Shown: positions 63,230 through 64,000 of the stretch, in pieces
Layout of the letters: the number at the start of each line of letters is the position of its first letter
Numbering within the stretch: the first letter of the stretch is position 1
NCBI GenBank assembly: GCA_963826115.1
Contig: CAWGVS010000012.1
Coordinates: forward strand, 800,001 to 864,000
Direction of reading: 5' to 3'
DNA from: an uncultured Candidatus Rokubacteria bacterium
GTDB taxonomy: Bacteria > Methylomirabilota > Methylomirabilia > Rokubacteriales > DASRDR01
Length of the DNA stretch: 64,000 nucleotides
Position numbers and translations under genes: made by a program
The notes under the pieces: model-generated
The model's database searches: none
The model's input: the letters and a program-made list of their open reading frames with translations, nothing else
Told to the model about the DNA's origin: nothing

Positions 63230-63739
63230 ATGCTCCGCGCGTACCAGGGCAAGACACCGCGCGTCCACGAAACGGCGTTCGTGGAGGACAGCGCCCACGT
63301 CATCGGCGACGTGGAGCTGGGGGCCCACTCGAGCATCTGGTTCCAGTGCGTCGTCCGGGCGGACGTCAACTACATCCGGATCGGCCATCACACCAACGTC
63401 CAGGACGGCAGCGTGATCCACGTGAACCGCGGCGATCCCGTGGAGATCGGGGACCACGTGACGCTCGGGCACGCCGTCCGGCTCCACGGCGCCCGCGTGG
63501 GCTCCCACTGCCTGATCGCCATCGGGGCCATCGTGCTGGACGGCGTCGTCATGGAGGAGGAGTCCATCGTCGCCGCGGGAGCGCTGGTGGCGCCCGGGAC
63601 GCGCATCCTCCGGCGCACGCTCATGATGGGCAGTCCCGCCAAGCCGCGCCGGGCGCTGACCGACGCGGACCTGGACATGATCCACCGCCCGACCAACAAC
63701 TACGTCCAGCTGATGGAGCGGTACCGCGATGGCGTCTAG
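63230..63739 (+). CDS. Gamma carbonic anhydrase family protein (YrdA-like)
   Basis: Hexapeptide repeats, VRAD, NVQDGSVIH, GHAVRLHG. Confidence 0.92.
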   Translation: MLRAYQGKTPRVHETAFVEDSAHVIGDVELGAHSSIWFQCVVRADVNYIRIGHHTNVQDGSVIHVNRGDPVEIGDHVTLGHAVRLHGARVGSHCLIAIGAIVLDGVVMEEESIVAAGALVAPGTRILRRTLMMGSPAKPRRALTDADLDMIHRPTNNYVQLMERYRDGV

Positions 63740-64000
63740 GCTGCCGACCGAGCCGCCGCGTGGCATGCGGGACATCCTGCCCGCCGAGGCGGAGCTCCGC
63801 GACTGGGCGGCCAGCACGATCCTGACCGTCTACCGCCGACACGGGTTCCGGCGGATCGAGACGCCGGCCCTGGAGAGCCTCGCCCTCCTGACCGGCGGCG
63901 GCGGCGGCGAGAACGAGAAGCTCATCTTCAAGGTGCTGAAGCGCGGCGAGAAGCTCGACCTGGGGGCGGCCGCGACCGAGGCGGAGCTGGCCGACCTGGG
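63729..64000 (+). CDS. hisS: Histidine--tRNA ligase (3' truncated by window)
   Basis: Hand translation: PPRGMRDILP...GFRRIETPALE...GENEKLIFK. Confidence 0.88.
   Translation, partial: MASRLPTEPPRGMRDILPAEAELRDWAASTILTVYRRHGFRRIETPALESLALLTGGGGGENEKLIFKVLKRGEKLDLGAAATEAELADL

Noticed and set aside
63230-63739. Gamma-CA as a complex I subunit, as in plant mitochondria
   Set aside because: It is not linked to either nuo cluster and is coupled to hisS; no evidence here.

Overview
This is a very GC-rich bacterial chromosome segment, mostly housekeeping genes on the + strand. The organism is a diderm; the gene style suggests a Rokubacteria/Methylomirabilota-like lineage, but that is unverified. 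In order, the window holds: two GT2 glycosyltransferases; a frameshifted secreted HEAT-repeat gene; complex I cluster 1 (nuoABC-NIPSNAP-nuoDHIJKLMN, no nuoEFG); a TetR-ECF sigma pair; rplU-rpmA-obgE-proBA-nadD-rsfS-dksA-comF; gap-pgk-tpiA-secG; two peptide ABC systems; tRNA-Leu(GAG); a lipA-nuoABCDEFGHIJK-pdhABC-lpdA run (no nuoLMN); pccB-mcmA; a porin with Cys-bracketed loops; ispB; DUF62; fmdB; a gamma-CA; and the start of hisS. The most striking feature is the pair of complementary, incomplete complex I clusters. One has the proton-pumping subunits but no NADH module, carries an embedded NIPSNAP gene and has a NuoM lacking the TM7 lysine. The other has the NADH module but no antiporter subunits, with pyruvate dehydrogenase where nuoLMN would normally be. 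No CRISPR array, integrase or transposase was seen.
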